Counted from the first letter of the stretch, positions 45,041 through 60,323 are shown. The stretch: DNA of 64,000 bases from Eledone cirrhosa (GCA_964016885.1 OZ024757.1:31682001-31746000), one strand, 5' to 3'. Notes: a model not told the origin generated them from the sequence alone. Translations and numbers: made by a program.

Positions 45041-45917
45041 AAAACTGGGGAAGAAAAAGTAGAAAGAAGAGCAAAAATAAATGGCAAAAACGAGAAATGT
45101 GCAGAGGTGAGTTGGTGAATATTGCTTTAAGTGCAACGAGTGCATCTTTGTAAAAGCATTGTGCACTGAGTGCAGATATAGATAGAGAGGGGTATGGAGA
45201 GGTAGAGAGGGGTATGGAGAGAGTGAGAGAGGGGTGGGAATTTGATGTAGTGCACATATATTAAAGTGAAGAGGTGTATTGAGAGAGAGAGAGAAGAGAG
45301 GGAGATTTAGATCGACAGATATATAGAGAGAGATTGTGTGTGAAGAAGAGAGAAAGAGACAGAGAGAATGTGTGTGAAGAAGAGAGGGAGAGAGAAGAAG
45401 AGAGAGAGAGAATGCGTGTGAAGAAGAGCGAGAGAGAGGGAAGGAGAGAATATGTGAAGAAGAGATAGAGAGAGAATGCGTGTGAAGAAGAGAGAGATAA
45501 AGAGAAGGAGAGAATGAGTGTGAAGAAGAGAGGGAGAGAGAGGAAGAGAGAGAGAGAATGCGTGTGAAGAAGAGCGAGAGAGAGGGAAGGAGAGAATATG
45601 TGAAGAAGAGATAGAGAGAGAATGCGTGTGAAGAAGAGAGAGATAAAGAAAAGGAGAGAATGAGTGTGAAGAAGAAGAGAGAAAGAGAGAGAGAGAAAGA
45701 AGAAAAAGAGAGAATGTGTGTAAAGAAGGGAGTGGGAGAGAGAAAGAAAGAGGATGTGTGTGAAGAAGAGGCGGGGAGAGAAAGTGGGTGAGCTGGGGTG
45801 GGAAAGACTTTTGTGATGTAAGAATTAGAGAAAAATGGGATGCAGAAAGGGTTGGTTAAAAGATACATATATGGAGGAGATATATATATATATCTATATA
45901 TATATATTTATGTATAA

Positions 45918-45955
<38 letters not shown>

Positions 45956-46095
45956 ATATATATATATATATAAACACATTTATACATACATACATATATA
46001 TATACACATGTATATATATAAATATATACATACATATACATTTATACATACATACATATATACGTATAAATATATACATACATATATATACATTT

Positions 46096-46138
<43 letters not shown>

Positions 46139-46556
46139 CACATATATACATATATATACATATACACATATATACATATATATATACATATACACATATA
46201 TACATATATATATATATACATACATATATACATATATATACATACCCCCCCCCATCACATATATATATATACATTAATATATACATATATATATACATAT
46301 ACACATATACATATACACATATATACATATATATATATACACATATATACATATATATATATACAACATATATATATACATACATATATATATACATACC
46401 CCCCCCCCCCACTCACACATATATATATATATACACGTGTGTATCGAGAGAGGGGGAGAAAGAGGAGAGAACAGTAGGTTAAACAGGTACGAAAAGAGTT
46501 AAAGAAATGAGATGGCCACAGGTAAGCTCTAATCAGTATAGATTATATATATATAT

Positions 46557-46587
<31 letters not shown>

Positions 46588-46705
46588 ATGTGTGTATGTA
46601 TATGTATATACATATATATGTATATATATGTATATGTATATACGTAGAACTTAAAACGATAAGTTCTTGTTTTTGGATGTGTCACTATTTATAAAACAAC
46701 TTTTG

Positions 46706-46766
46706 TATTTTATCTGATGAGTGCGTACCAAAATGTTGGTACCCTTGAAATATATATAATAAAATA
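46706..46766 (+). ncRNA. Type I hammerhead ribozyme (family B variant)
   Basis: tattttat CTGATGA(46714-20) gtgcgtacca...tggtaccctt GAAA(46747-50) TATATA TA ataaaata. Confidence 0.8.
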
Positions 46767-46894
46767 AATATGGTTTTATAAAGATAGTTTCCATTTATTA
46801 AAATTATATTATTGATATATATATATATATATATATACATATAGTTTTAATATAGATGAGATTCTACAGGACTAGAACTGTTTCATTCTTTACA

Positions 46895-46947
46895 GAGATT
46901 CCTGATGATTTCTAAAGAATGAAACAGTTCTAGTTCTGTAGAATCTC
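46895..46947 (+). ncRNA. Type I hammerhead ribozyme with full stem III (family E), in fold-back element ~46844-47030
   Basis: gagattc CTGATGA(46902-08) tttc-taaa-gaat GAAA(46921-24) cag-ttctagtt-ctg TA gaatctc. Confidence 0.88.
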
Positions 46948-47052
46948 ATCTATATTAAAACTTTTATACTCTGCAATGTATTGAGTACCTTACTTACTGT
47001 GGTTACCTCCGATTCAACCCGGAATAACGTATATATGCATATATATATAATA

Positions 47053-47336
47053 TATAAGATCAAAAGATGGTTAAAAGAGTTCCATGTATAAAACTGCACT
47101 ATTCACAAGTGTTTTTTAACCTTCATATCATGTCTCCCTATTTTATCTGACGAAAACGCAAATGTTATTGCATGATGATATTTGTTTTTGAAATGCGCAT
47201 AACAAAATACATGGAACTCTTTTAACCATCTTTTGATCTTATACATTATTTATACTCCAGTCCTACAAACTGTAGAGTGCTACTTATCCGATATCTGCAT
47301 TGCTTCATTGTACTACAATAAAACTCACCCCCTACA
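47053..47336 (+). mobile_element. Fold-back HHR element, family A (HHR + at 47139-47210)
   Basis: short inverted left arm; CTGACGA 47147-53, GAAA 47190-93, TGCGCA TA. Confidence 0.85.
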
Positions 47337-47585
47337 CATACACACACATATATATATATATATCACGATAAATTAACGGAGCCATAGGCCCTCGCCATTC
47401 CCTGTAAATAATGTGCTCAAACGAGAAGAAATCCTGAGCTCTTTAAAATACAATATGTTGAAAAGGTAACACACCTGAGAGAGATATAGAGGGCGCTATC
47501 AATAAAACAGTTTCTTTCCCTGTTTTATTGATAGCGCACTGTATATATCTCTCTGGTGTGATACCTTTTCAACATATTGTATATA

Positions 47586-47623
<38 letters not shown>

Positions 47624-47849
47624 TATGTGTGTGTGTATATGTATATATATATATATATATATATACATATATGTGTGTGTGTACATGTATATATATATAT
47701 ATATATGTCTATATATGTCTATATATATACATATGTGTGTGTGTGTATATGTATATATATATATATATGTACATATATACATATATATGTGTGTGTGTAT
47801 ATATATATATATGTATATGTATGTATATATGTTGTTGCATATGAAGAGG

Positions 47850-48292
47850 CTCATATTGTTATAATATTGCCAGAAAAATTAATAAAATACCCACTGTTTG
47901 GTTTGGATTGGTTTTCGCTTCTGTATAGCTTATATCTCTCTAATTAATTCATCTAGCAATCAATGTTTATCATTGATTGACCAACGGTTAAAAATATAGC
48001 TATATAGTCTAACTAAGTTATATATATATAATATACATTAAATATATACATATAGTCTATCTAAGTTCTTTCGTCACATATGTCGCATCATCAGTGGTAC
48101 TAGTATGTTTCCTCCGTTTATATATAATAGTACCACTGATGATGTGACAGGTGTTTGACGAAAGAACTTTGATAGACTTTATATGTATATTTATATCTAT
48201 ATTTTTAATTGTTGGTCAATCGATGATAAACATTGATTGCCAGATAAATTAATTAGAGATATAAAATATACAGAAGCGAAAACCAATCCATA
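47850..48292. mobile_element. Diverged fold-back element related to family D with degenerate HHRs (+ at 48131-48174)
   Basis: tacca CTGATGA tgtgac...tgac GAAA gaac TT tgata; arm homologous to 42115-42285. Confidence 0.6.
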
Positions 48293-48468
48293 ATTGTTTA
48301 TACTTTTGACACAGACCAGCATTACTCCAGTGCATTACTGGTACTTTATTTTATCGACCCCGTAATGATGAAAGGCAAATTTAACCTCGGCGGGATTTGA
48401 ACTCAGAACGTAAAGGGCCATAACGCTATGCTGTAAAGTATGGTGTCTGACGCTCTACCGAGACTGCC
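48293..48468 (-). mobile_element. tRNA/Nin-like SINE
   Basis: similar to 11878-12054. Confidence 0.8.
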
Positions 48469-49260
48469 AAAACTACGTAACATGACGAGGTTGGCTTGAT
48501 AACCTCTGTCTTCCCCATACCAGGTTTTGGTTGGTACTGGTCATTGTTTAATGGGACAAAGAGACATACCTGGTAGAACGTGTGTAATCTAGCTCATCTT
48601 TGAGCCACGTGGTAGGGTGTCTAAGGTTGAGCGTAGGTGTATGGTTTATATCTGACTTAGGTTTTAAGTTAGCTTTGATTTTATGGATGTTCTCGCAGGT
48701 TTTGAATAATGCCCACCCACCCTCCTCTATTTCCCCATCCAAATCCCGTTTATTTATTTTTCAGATTTTTTCCAAACCCACGCTTATTAAATTTTGCTAA
48801 TCTATTTCCGGCAAAATTTTTCTTGTGATTCATATTGATACAGCAGCTGGAGAATCTAATAATAATCTTATTTTACATTTAAAAAAAAAACACATCATAC
48901 ATGACAAAAACAGAAACAAAGATTCATTACAAGAAAACGTACATTATACATTTACCGATTCCCCTCCATCGTGTATTCCACTACCCTGCTTATAAGAATT
49001 AAAGTAAATGTCCAACCCTCATCCCGTTTATTCCAACCCTCTCTATTGTCTGGGACCCGAGAGTACTTGCTCAGTTCAAGCCCCCACCGTTTATCCCCGC
49101 CGCGGCTTATAATCTTTTAAGAAAATGTCCAACCCCCATCACATTTATTCCAACCTTCTCTATTCTCTGGGTCCCGAGAGTACTTGCTCCTTTCAAACCC
49201 CCGCCCCGCTTATAAGAATTTAAGGTAATGTGCAACGCCCCCTTATTATTTGGGACCGCT

Positions 49261-49595
49261 TTACGATCTGAGTTCAAATCCCGCCTAGGTTAACTTTGCC
49301 TTTCATCCTTACGGGGTCGATAAAATAAAGTACCAGTAATGTACTGGGTAATTTCTGGCCTTGTGCCAAAAGTAGAAGCAATTATATATATTTTAAAGGA
49401 CAGCGGATTGGCAATATCGGTAGAGCGTCGGACAACATGCTTCGCGGCATAGAGTTACGTCCCTTCACGGTCTGAGTTCAATCCTGCCGAGGTTGGCTTG
49501 CCTTTCATCCTTACGGGGTCGATAAAATAAAGTACCAGTAATGTACTGGGGTTGATTTAATCGACTTTCTCCCAACCCCAGAATTGCTGGCCTGG
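49261..49595 (+). mobile_element. Two tandem tRNA/Nin-like SINE copies (49261-49383 partial; 49410-49595)
   Basis: B boxes and the gcctttcatccttacggggtcgataaaat domain occur twice. Confidence 0.85.
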
Positions 49596-49596
49596 A

Positions 49597-50004
49597 GACA
49601 ACAGATGAGCTGGCCTCATCTCGCGACTCAGTGACAGCAGATGGGCTGGCCACATCTGGAGACTCAGTGACAACAGATGGACTGGCCACATCTCGCGACT
49701 CAGCGACAACAGATGGGCTGGCCACATCTGGAGACTCAGTGACAACAGATGGACTGGCCACATCTCGCGACTCAGTGACACCAGATGGGCTGGCCACATC
49801 TGGAGACTCAGTGACAACAGATCGGCTGGCCACATCTGGAGACTCAGTGACAACAGATGGACTGGCCACATCTCGCGACTCAGTGACAACAGATGGGCTG
49901 GCCACATCTGGAGACTCAGTGACAACAGATGGACTGGCCACATCTCGCGACTCAGTGACAACAGATGGGCTGGCTATATCTGGAGACTCAGTGACAACAG
50001 ATGG
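49597..50004 (+). repeat. 36-bp minisatellite derived from RTE LINE coding sequence
   Basis: about 11 units encoding RWAGHIWRLSDN / RWTGHISRLSDN, continuing into RWTRRVTEWTPRKWTRSKGRPRTR. Confidence 0.85.
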
Positions 50005-50889
50005 ACAAGGAGAGTGACTGAGTGGACACCAAGAAAGTGGACAAGATCAAAAGGACGTCCAAGGACAAGATCACCCCCACCAGCCACCTGGGACCCCCCC
50101 ATGGTCAAGACTGGCAAGGAAACAGAAGTCGGTGGAAGGAATCCAGGGAGGGGTTCCTCCTCTGTGAGTGACCAGAAGCGTCGTAGAATGGTAAAGGAGT
50201 GGAACTGTTGGTAGCGGTGGTGGAGGTGATGGTGTTGCTGTAGGGGTGGTGGTGGTGTTGTTGCTGTAATGTAGGGTGGTGTGGTGATGGTGTTGTTGTT
50301 GTAGTGGTGCTGGGTGGGTGGTGCTGGTGTTGTTTTTGTTGTAGTGGTGGTGGTGGTGGTGATGTGGTGCTGGTGTTGTTGTTGTAGTGGTGGAGGTGAC
50401 GGTTGTGGTGTTCCTGTAGTGGTGGTGGTGGTGTAATGTCTAGTGGTGATGTGTTGTTGTTATAATGTAGGGTGGTGGTGGTGGTGGTGTTGTAATGTCA
50501 GGTGGTGGGGGGTGGTGATGGTGGCAGTGTTGTTGCTGTAACATCTGGTGGCGGTGGTGGTGTTGTAATGTCAGGTGGTGGTGGGGGTGATGTAATGACA
50601 GATGGTGGTGTGGTGTTGCTGTAATGCCAGATGGTGGCGGTGGTGTTGCTGTAATGTCAGATGGTGGTGTGGTGGTGGTGGTGGTGGTGGTGGTGTTGCT
50701 TTAATGTCAGGTTGTGGTGATGATGGTGGTGGTGATGTAATAGTTGTTGATCTACTGTCAGTTGATGGTGGTGGTGTAATGTCAGGTAGTAGTAGTGGTG
50801 GTTGTGGTGGTGGTACTGGTGATGTAATAGTTGTTGTTATGTCATATGGTGGTGGCGGTATTAGTAGTTGGTGGTGTGGTGGTAGTTGT

Positions 50890-51975
50890 GGCTGTGCTGT
50901 CAGGTGGTAGTAGTGGTGGTGGTGGTGATAATGGTATAGGTAGTGGTGGTGTGGCGGTAGTTGTGGCTGTGTTGTCAGCGTGGTAGTAGTGGTGGTGGTG
51001 GTGATAATGGTATAGGTAGTGGTGGTGTGGCGGTAGTTGTGGCTGTGCTGTCAGGTGGTAGTAGTGGTGGTGGTGGTGGTGGTGTTGGTATAGGTAGTGG
51101 TGGTGTGGCGGTAGTTGTGGCTGTGCTGTCAGGTGGTAGTAGTGGTGGTGTGGTGGTGGTGTTGGTATAGGTAGTGGTGGTGTGGTGGTAGTTGTGGCTG
51201 TGCTGTCAGGTGGTAGTAGTGGTGGTGGTGGTGGTATAGGTAGTGGTGGTGTGGTGGTAGTTGTGGCTGTGCTGTCAGGTGGTAGTAGTGGTGGTGGTGG
51301 TGGTATAGGTAGTGGTGGTGTGGTGGTAGTTGTGGCTGTGCTGTCAGGTGGTAGTAGTGGTGGTGGTAATGGTATAGGTAGTGGTGGTGTGGTGGTAGTT
51401 GTGGCTGTGCTGTCAGGTGGTAGTAGTGGTGGTGGTAATGGTATAGGTAGTGGTGGTGTGATGGTAGTTGTGGCTGTGCTGTCAGGTGGTAGTAGTGGTG
51501 GTGGTGGTATAGGTAGTGGTGGTGTGGTGGTAGTTGTGGCTGTGCTGTCAGGTGGTAGTAGTGGTGGTGGTAATGGTAATAGGTAGTGGTGGTGTGGTGG
51601 TAGTTGTGGCTGTGTTGTTAGGTGGTAGTAAGTGGTGGTGGTGGTGGTATAGGTAGTGATGGTGTGGTGGTAGTTGTGGCTGTGCTGTCAGGTGGTAGTA
51701 GTGGTGGTGGTGGTGGTATAGGTAGTGATGGTGTGGTGGTAGTTGTGGCTGTGCTGTCAGGTGGTAGTAGTGGTGGTGGTGGTGGTATAGGTAGTGATGG
51801 TGTGGTGGTAGTTGTGGCTGTGCTGTCAGGTGGTAGTAGTGGTGGTGGTGGTATAGGTAGTGATGGTGTGGTGGTAGTTGTGGCTGTGCTGTCAGGTGGT
51901 AGTAGTGGTGGTGGTGGTAATGGTATAGGTAGTGGTGGTGTGGTGGTAGTTGTGGCTGTGCTGTCAGGTGGTAGT
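50890..51975. repeat. ~66-bp GGT-rich minisatellite with core gttgtggctgtgctgtcaggtggtagtagt
   Basis: about 16 tandem copies. Confidence 0.9.
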
Positions 51976-52046
51976 ATAATCAGATATCTGTGTTTCTGTA
52001 GATAGAGTTCAATGTCCTGATTGATTTGGTGAGATAGAGAGACAGG

Positions 52047-52077
<31 letters not shown>

Positions 52078-52380
52078 ATAGGGGGGGGGAGAGTGAGAGA
52101 AATATAGATAGATAGAGGTGGAGAGAGGGAGAGAGAGAGGGGCAATTAGATAGACAGACAGGTAGATACAGATCGATAGATAGTTCGATAGACAGAGAGA
52201 AGGACAAACACACATACACACACATATATATATGTATACATATATATATGTATATATATATGTATATATGTATATATGTGTATATATATATATGTGTGTA
52301 TATATATATGTATATATGTGTATATATATATATGTGTGTATATATATATGTATATATGTATATATGTATATATGTGTGTG

Positions 52381-52445
<65 letters not shown>

Positions 52446-52454
52446 GTATATATG

Positions 52455-52489
<35 letters not shown>

Positions 52490-52620
52490 ATATATATATG
52501 TATATATATATATGTATATATGTGTGTATATATATATATGTATATATATATATGTATATATATATGTGTATATGTATATATGTATATATATATATGTGTG
52601 TATATGTGTATATGTATGTG

Positions 52621-52657
<37 letters not shown>

Positions 52658-52963
52658 GTGTGTAAGTGTATATTTGGAGAGGGAGAGAAAGGGTGAAGGA
52701 AATGGTAGAGGAAGGGTGAGTGAAAGGCAGAGGTGGAAGGAAGAAGGGTGGATAGGAAGAAGCATGAGGTGGTGGTGGAGGTGGTGGTGGTGGGGATAGG
52801 GTAGTAGTTTAGTAGGAAATGGCGCCATCTGCACTTCATTGCACCGTACTGCACTGTATTGCACCGTACTGCACTCTCTGCAACAGATCACATTATATAT
52901 ATCGATCGATGATTGGTCCGGAGACAGAGAGAGGGGGGGAGTGAGAGAGAGAGAGAGGGGTGT

Positions 52964-53009
<46 letters not shown>

Positions 53010-53078
53010 GTATGTATATATGTATGTATATGTATATATAGGTATATATATACAAGTGTATATATATCTGTGTGTGTG

Positions 53079-53111
<33 letters not shown>

Positions 53112-53159
53112 TATAGATATAGATATATAAATATCTATATATGCATATAGATTCGTTTT

Positions 53160-53190
<31 letters not shown>

Positions 53191-53234
53191 TATAGATATA
53201 GATATATAAATATCTATATATGCATATAGATTCG

Positions 53235-53312
<78 letters not shown>

Positions 53313-53325
53313 CATGTCTATATAT

Positions 53326-53376
<51 letters not shown>

Positions 53377-53414
53377 CATGTCTATATATAGATATATGTA
53401 TATATAAATATACG

Positions 53415-53455
<41 letters not shown>

Positions 53456-53560
53456 ACGTACATGTATATATATGTGTGTGTGTGTGTACGTACATGTATA
53501 TATATGCGAGTGTATATGTATGTATATATATATATATATGTGTATGTATGTGTATATGTT

Positions 53561-53608
<48 letters not shown>

Positions 53609-53722
53609 TACATATATCGAGAGAGAGAGAGAGAGAGAGCATGATAGGGAAGAGAGAGGGGGCGGAGTATATCGGGTATATTTCGGTGCAAACTCTTTCA
53701 TTCTCTAGAAGCAAGAATTACC

Positions 53723-53753
<31 letters not shown>

Positions 53754-53836
53754 AAAAATAAGGTATGACTTTTTCTTTTATGTAAGACTATCGTAGTACA
53801 CACTCTAGTATAATATATATATATATATATACACAC

Positions 53837-53938
<102 letters not shown>

Positions 53939-54541
53939 TTTTATATATATACAGACATACATATATATCCATATATATTTCCACATATGTATGTATATTG
54001 TACATATATATGTGTGTGTATATGTATACGTATGTACACACATATGTATACACATACGTATACACACACGCACATATATATATGCGTGTGTGTATACATG
54101 TGTGTGTGTGTATGTATACGTATGTGTATACATGTGTGTGTGTATGTGTGCGTATGTGTATATATATATATGTGTGTGTACGTATACGTATGTGTATACA
54201 TATATATGTGCGTGTGTGTATGTGTGTATACATATGTATATATCTATGTATGTATGTGAGTGTGTAGGTATACATGAGTGTGTGTATGTATGTATGTGTA
54301 AATGTATATATATATATATATGTATGTGTGTGTCTGTGTATAGGTTTACGTATCTGTATGTGTATGTGTGTGTCGGTATACATGTGTATGTATATATGGA
54401 TGTGTGTGTATATGTATACAAATGTCTATATATATGTGTGTGTATATGTATACAAATGTCTATATATATATATATATGTGTGTGTGTATATGTATACAAA
54501 TGTCTATATATGTGTGTGTGTGTATATGTAGTACAAATGTC

Positions 54542-54572
<31 letters not shown>

Positions 54573-54624
54573 ATATGTATACAAATGTCTTATATATATA
54601 TATATATATATACAAATGCCTATA

Positions 54625-54683
<59 letters not shown>

Positions 54684-54899
54684 CCGTGTCCGTACAAGCA
54701 CGCAATGTTTACATACAGTATGCAGTGACACAATAACATACATACATACAATAGAGGCCTATATTTTGCAAACTGTTACACACAGTATTTTGTGACATCA
54801 CACACACACACTACCTTCACTATACTGACACACATTACCACACGCACAGCCATCACCACAAACACACACACCACCATCACCACAATCACCCCACACACA

Positions 54900-56485
54900 C
54901 TACGTTTACCAGACACACACACACACTACCATCACCACACACACACACATTACCATTACACACACACACACACATTACCATTAACCACACACACACACTA
55001 CCATCACCACACACACACACGACTACCATCACCATACACACACACACTACCATCACCATACACACACACTACCATCACCACACACTACCATCACCCATAC
55101 ACACACACTACCATTACCACACACACACTACCATTACCACACACCACACTACCATCACCACACACACAGTACCATCACCACCACACACACTACCATCACC
55201 ATACACAACACACTACCATTACCACACACACACTACCATTACCACACACACACTACCATCACCACACACACACTACCATCACCATACACAACACACTACC
55301 ATTACCACACACACACTACCATCACCACACACACACTGCCATCACCATACACACACACACACTACCATCACCACACACACACACACTACCATCACCACAC
55401 ACACACACTACCATCACCACACACTACCATCACCATACACACACACACTACCATCACACACACACACACACTACCAATCACCACACACTACCATCACCAT
55501 ACACACACACACTACATCACCACCACACACACACACACTACCATTACCACACACACACTACCATCACTCACACACACACTACCATTACCACACACACACT
55601 ACCATCACCATACACAACACACTACCATTACCACACACACACTACCATCACCACACACACACTACCATCACCACACCACACACACACTACCATCACCACA
55701 CACTACCATCACCATACACACACACACTACCATCACCACACACACAACACACTACCATCACCACACACTACCATCACCATACACACACACACTACCATCA
55801 CCACACACACACACACTACCATTACCACACACACACTACCATCACCAACACACACACACTACCATTACCACACACACACTACCATCACCATACACAACAC
55901 ACTACCATTACCACACACACACTACCATCACCACACAACACTACCATCACCATACACACACACACTACCATCACCAACACACACACACTACCATCACCAC
56001 ACACACACACACTACCATCACCACACACTACCATCACCATACACACACACACTACCATCACCACACACTACCATCACCATACACACACACACTACCATCA
56101 CCACACACTACCATCACCATACACACACTACCATCACCATACACACACACACTACCATCACCATACACACACACACTACCATCACCATACACACACACAC
56201 TACCATCACCACACACACACACACTACCATCACCACACACTACGATCACCATACACACACACACTACCATCACCACACACACACACACTACCATCCACCA
56301 CACACTACCATCAGCCATACACACACACACTACCATCACCACACACACATACACTACCATCACCATACACTACCATCACCACACACACACACACTACCAT
56401 CACCACACACACACACTACCATCACCACAACACACACACTACCATCACCACACACACACACACTACCATCACCACACACACACAT
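54900..56485. repeat. Minisatellite cactaccatcaccacacaca with variable (CA)n
   Basis: dozens of tandem copies. Confidence 0.9.
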
Positions 56486-56874
56486 ACATACAGTATAACA
56501 GTTGTTTAATATCACCAATTGTTATACTGAGGGGTGATTCCCCACCGTTGTCTATCTCACTCTACATCTCTCTCTCTCCATCTCTCTCCCCCTCTCTCCA
56601 TCTTTCTCTCTCCCTCTATCTACCTCTCTCTCCCTCTATCTACCTCTCTCTCTCCATCCCTCTCTCTCTACCTCTCTCTCTCCCTCCCTCCTTCCCCCCC
56701 TATCTCTCTCTCATATATATATACAAATATAAGTTTATATATATATATTTATATATATATGAATATATGAATATATATATATATATATATAATATACACA
56801 AATATAAGTTGATATATATATAAGTTTATATATAGATTTTATTTTTACATGTATATGTATGTATATATATATGT

Positions 56875-56945
<71 letters not shown>

Positions 56946-56948
56946 TAA

Positions 56949-57007
<59 letters not shown>

Positions 57008-57020
57008 ATATATATATATA

Positions 57021-57105
<85 letters not shown>

Positions 57106-57240
57106 ATCCCGAGTTAAATCGGGGTTAACCATTGTAAATAAGGTACTCAATACATTAGTTGAGTGAGTAGAAGTCATTTCTATATTAAATATATATGTAC
57201 ATATCTATCTATGTGTGTGTTTATATATATATGTGTGTGT

Positions 57241-57281
<41 letters not shown>

Positions 57282-57964
57282 TCTTTCTGTCTGTCTGGGT
57301 GTATCACTCTTTTACCCCTTCCCTGCTATCATTACCACTCTATATCTACAGTACACACTCATACACTTACACTAACACTACACACATACACATACACACT
57401 ACACCACACCACACATACTGCACATCACACATACACACACCACACACACATACATACACACTACACCCACACATACTTCACATCACACATACACACACCA
57501 CACACTACACCACACCACACATACTGCACATCACACATACACACACCACACACACTCTAGTTCGCATACACACCTACACACACCATACACACCACACACC
57601 CACTCTACTCCACATACACACACCACACACACACACATTCACACTACACCACACCACACATACTGCACATTACGCATACACACACCACACACACACTCTA
57701 CTCCACTATACACACACATACACACATACACACACACCATACACACCACACACACACTCTACTCCACATACACACACCATACACACCACACACACACACA
57801 CACTCTACTCCACATACACACACCACACACACATACATTCACACTACACACTACACCACACCACACATACTGCACATTACACATACACACACCACACACA
57901 CCACACACACACTCTACTCCACATACACACCACACCACACATACTGCAACATTACACACACACA

Positions 57965-58003
<39 letters not shown>

Positions 58004-58769
58004 CACACACACACACCACACACACACACACACACACACGTTCAGCCAGTGCTACTCTCTCAGGTGACCGAGTTCTCTCCATATTAGAAGACATTTAAAC
58101 ACCTCCTCCTCATCTTCCACCTCCTACTACTCTCTTTCAGTTCATCTTCATCTTCGTCTTCTTCTTCATCATCGTCTTCGTCTTATCCCCCCCCCCACTC
58201 CCCTCCTCTCTCATTCTTCCTCTCTTTTTTTTTGCCTCTTTTTTTCTTCTTTCAGACCTCCCCTCCCACTCTCTCTTCCCCCTCTTCCCTCCTCTTGTAT
58301 ATCTCACCTACTTTCTGTGGTTTCCTCCAAAACCGCCACCACCACCGCCGCCAACACAACCACCACCATCACCGCCATCATCGCCACCATCGCCGCCGCC
58401 AACACCACCACCATCGCCGCCGCCAACACCACCACCATCGCCGCCGCCAACACCACCCACCCATCGCGGCCGCCACCAACGCGCCCGCCAACACCACCAC
58501 CACCACCATCGCCAACACCACCACCACCATCACCACTGCCGCCACCAACGCCGCCGCCAACAACACCACCATCACCACCACCACCATCGCCACCACCACA
58601 GCTCACCATCACCATCGCCGCCACCACCATCGCCACCACCACAGCTCACCATCACCATCGCCGCCACCCACCATCGCCACCACCACAGCTCACCATCACC
58701 ATCGCCGCCACCACCACTCTCTCGTCCCTTCCTCTCTTCTACCCACAAGCTACATCTTTTGTAGGTTTG

Positions 58770-58846
<77 letters not shown>

Positions 58847-58879
58847 CACATGAATGCGTATGTAAATGTATGTATATAG

Positions 58880-59290
58880 ATATAAGATTGCATGTGTATA
58901 TGTATGTATATAGGATATAGATGCATGTGTATATGTATGTATATAGATATATATATGCATGTGTATATGTATGTATATAGATATAGATGCATGTGTATAT
59001 GTATGTATATAGATATATATATTGCATGTGTATATGTATGTATATAGATATAGATGCATGTGTATATGTATGTATATAGATATATATGCATGTGTATATG
59101 TATGTATATAGATATAGATGCATGTGTATATGTGTGTATATAGATATAGATGCATGTGTATATGTATGTATATAGATATAGATGCATGTGTATATGTATG
59201 TATATAGATATAGATGCATGTGTATATGTGTGTATATAGATATATATGCATGTGTATATGTGTGTATATAGATATATATGCATGTGAATT
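58880..59290. repeat. ~34-bp minisatellite gcatgtgtatatgtatgtatatagatatagat
   Basis: about 12 copies. Confidence 0.85.
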
Positions 59291-60282
59291 TGAGTTTGTG
59301 TGTGTACATATATCTATATATCGTACGTGTACATGTGTGTATGTATGTATATATATATATATATGCATGTGTGTATATATATCTCTCTCTCTCTAATTCT
59401 ACATTCTACTGTTGCATTATCTTTTGAAACATAACCACTACCACCTTCACCACCCGCCATCACTACCACTACCACCAACAATCACCACCACCACCACCAC
59501 CACTACCACCATCACCACTACCACCACCACCACCACCATCACCACCACCACCACCACCACCACTACCCCTACCACCACAATCACCACCACCACCACCACC
59601 AACCACCATCACCACTACCACCACTACCACGACCACCCACAATCACCAGCACCCACCACTACCACCACATTCACCAGCACCACCATCACCACCACCACCA
59701 CCACTACCACCACTACCACGACCACCACAATCACCACCCACCACCATCACCACCACCACCACTACCACGACCACCTCAATCACCACCACCATCACCACCA
59801 CCACCACCACCACCACTACCACCACCACCACCATCACTACTACCACCACCACCACCACTACTACCACCACCATCACTACTACACCACCACCACCACTACT
59901 ACCACCACCATCACCACTACCACCACACACCACCACTTCTCTCTTATCCAGTTCGATCGTACCTAAATACCCGATCACCATTCCCCTCATCCCTTCCCAG
60001 TCACCCCACCGTCTCTCTCTCTCCCAGTCTTTTCTCTCACCCTCTCTCCACTTTCTCTCACCCTCTCTCTCACTTTCTCTCACCCTCTCTCTCACTTTCT
60101 CTCACCCCTCATCTCTCACTTCCTATTTCCCCATCCTCTCTTCCATTCTCTATTCTCTCTCCCTCTCTTCCATCCTCTCTCTCCCTCTCTTCCAATCTCT
60201 TCATCTCTCTCTCGCCCATTCTGTCCCCCTCTCTTTTTCTTCCCCTCCCTTCTCTTTCACACACTCTCTCTGCTATGTCTCT

Positions 60283-60323
<41 letters not shown>

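Noticed and set aside
48548-48742. 64-aa non-repetitive ORF on the minus strand
   Set aside because: No recognisable motif or clear splice sites
58232-58879. His/Pro/Thr-rich ORFs after a polypyrimidine-AG
   Set aside because: CCA/CCG triplet repeat is open in all frames; no donor site or homology evidence
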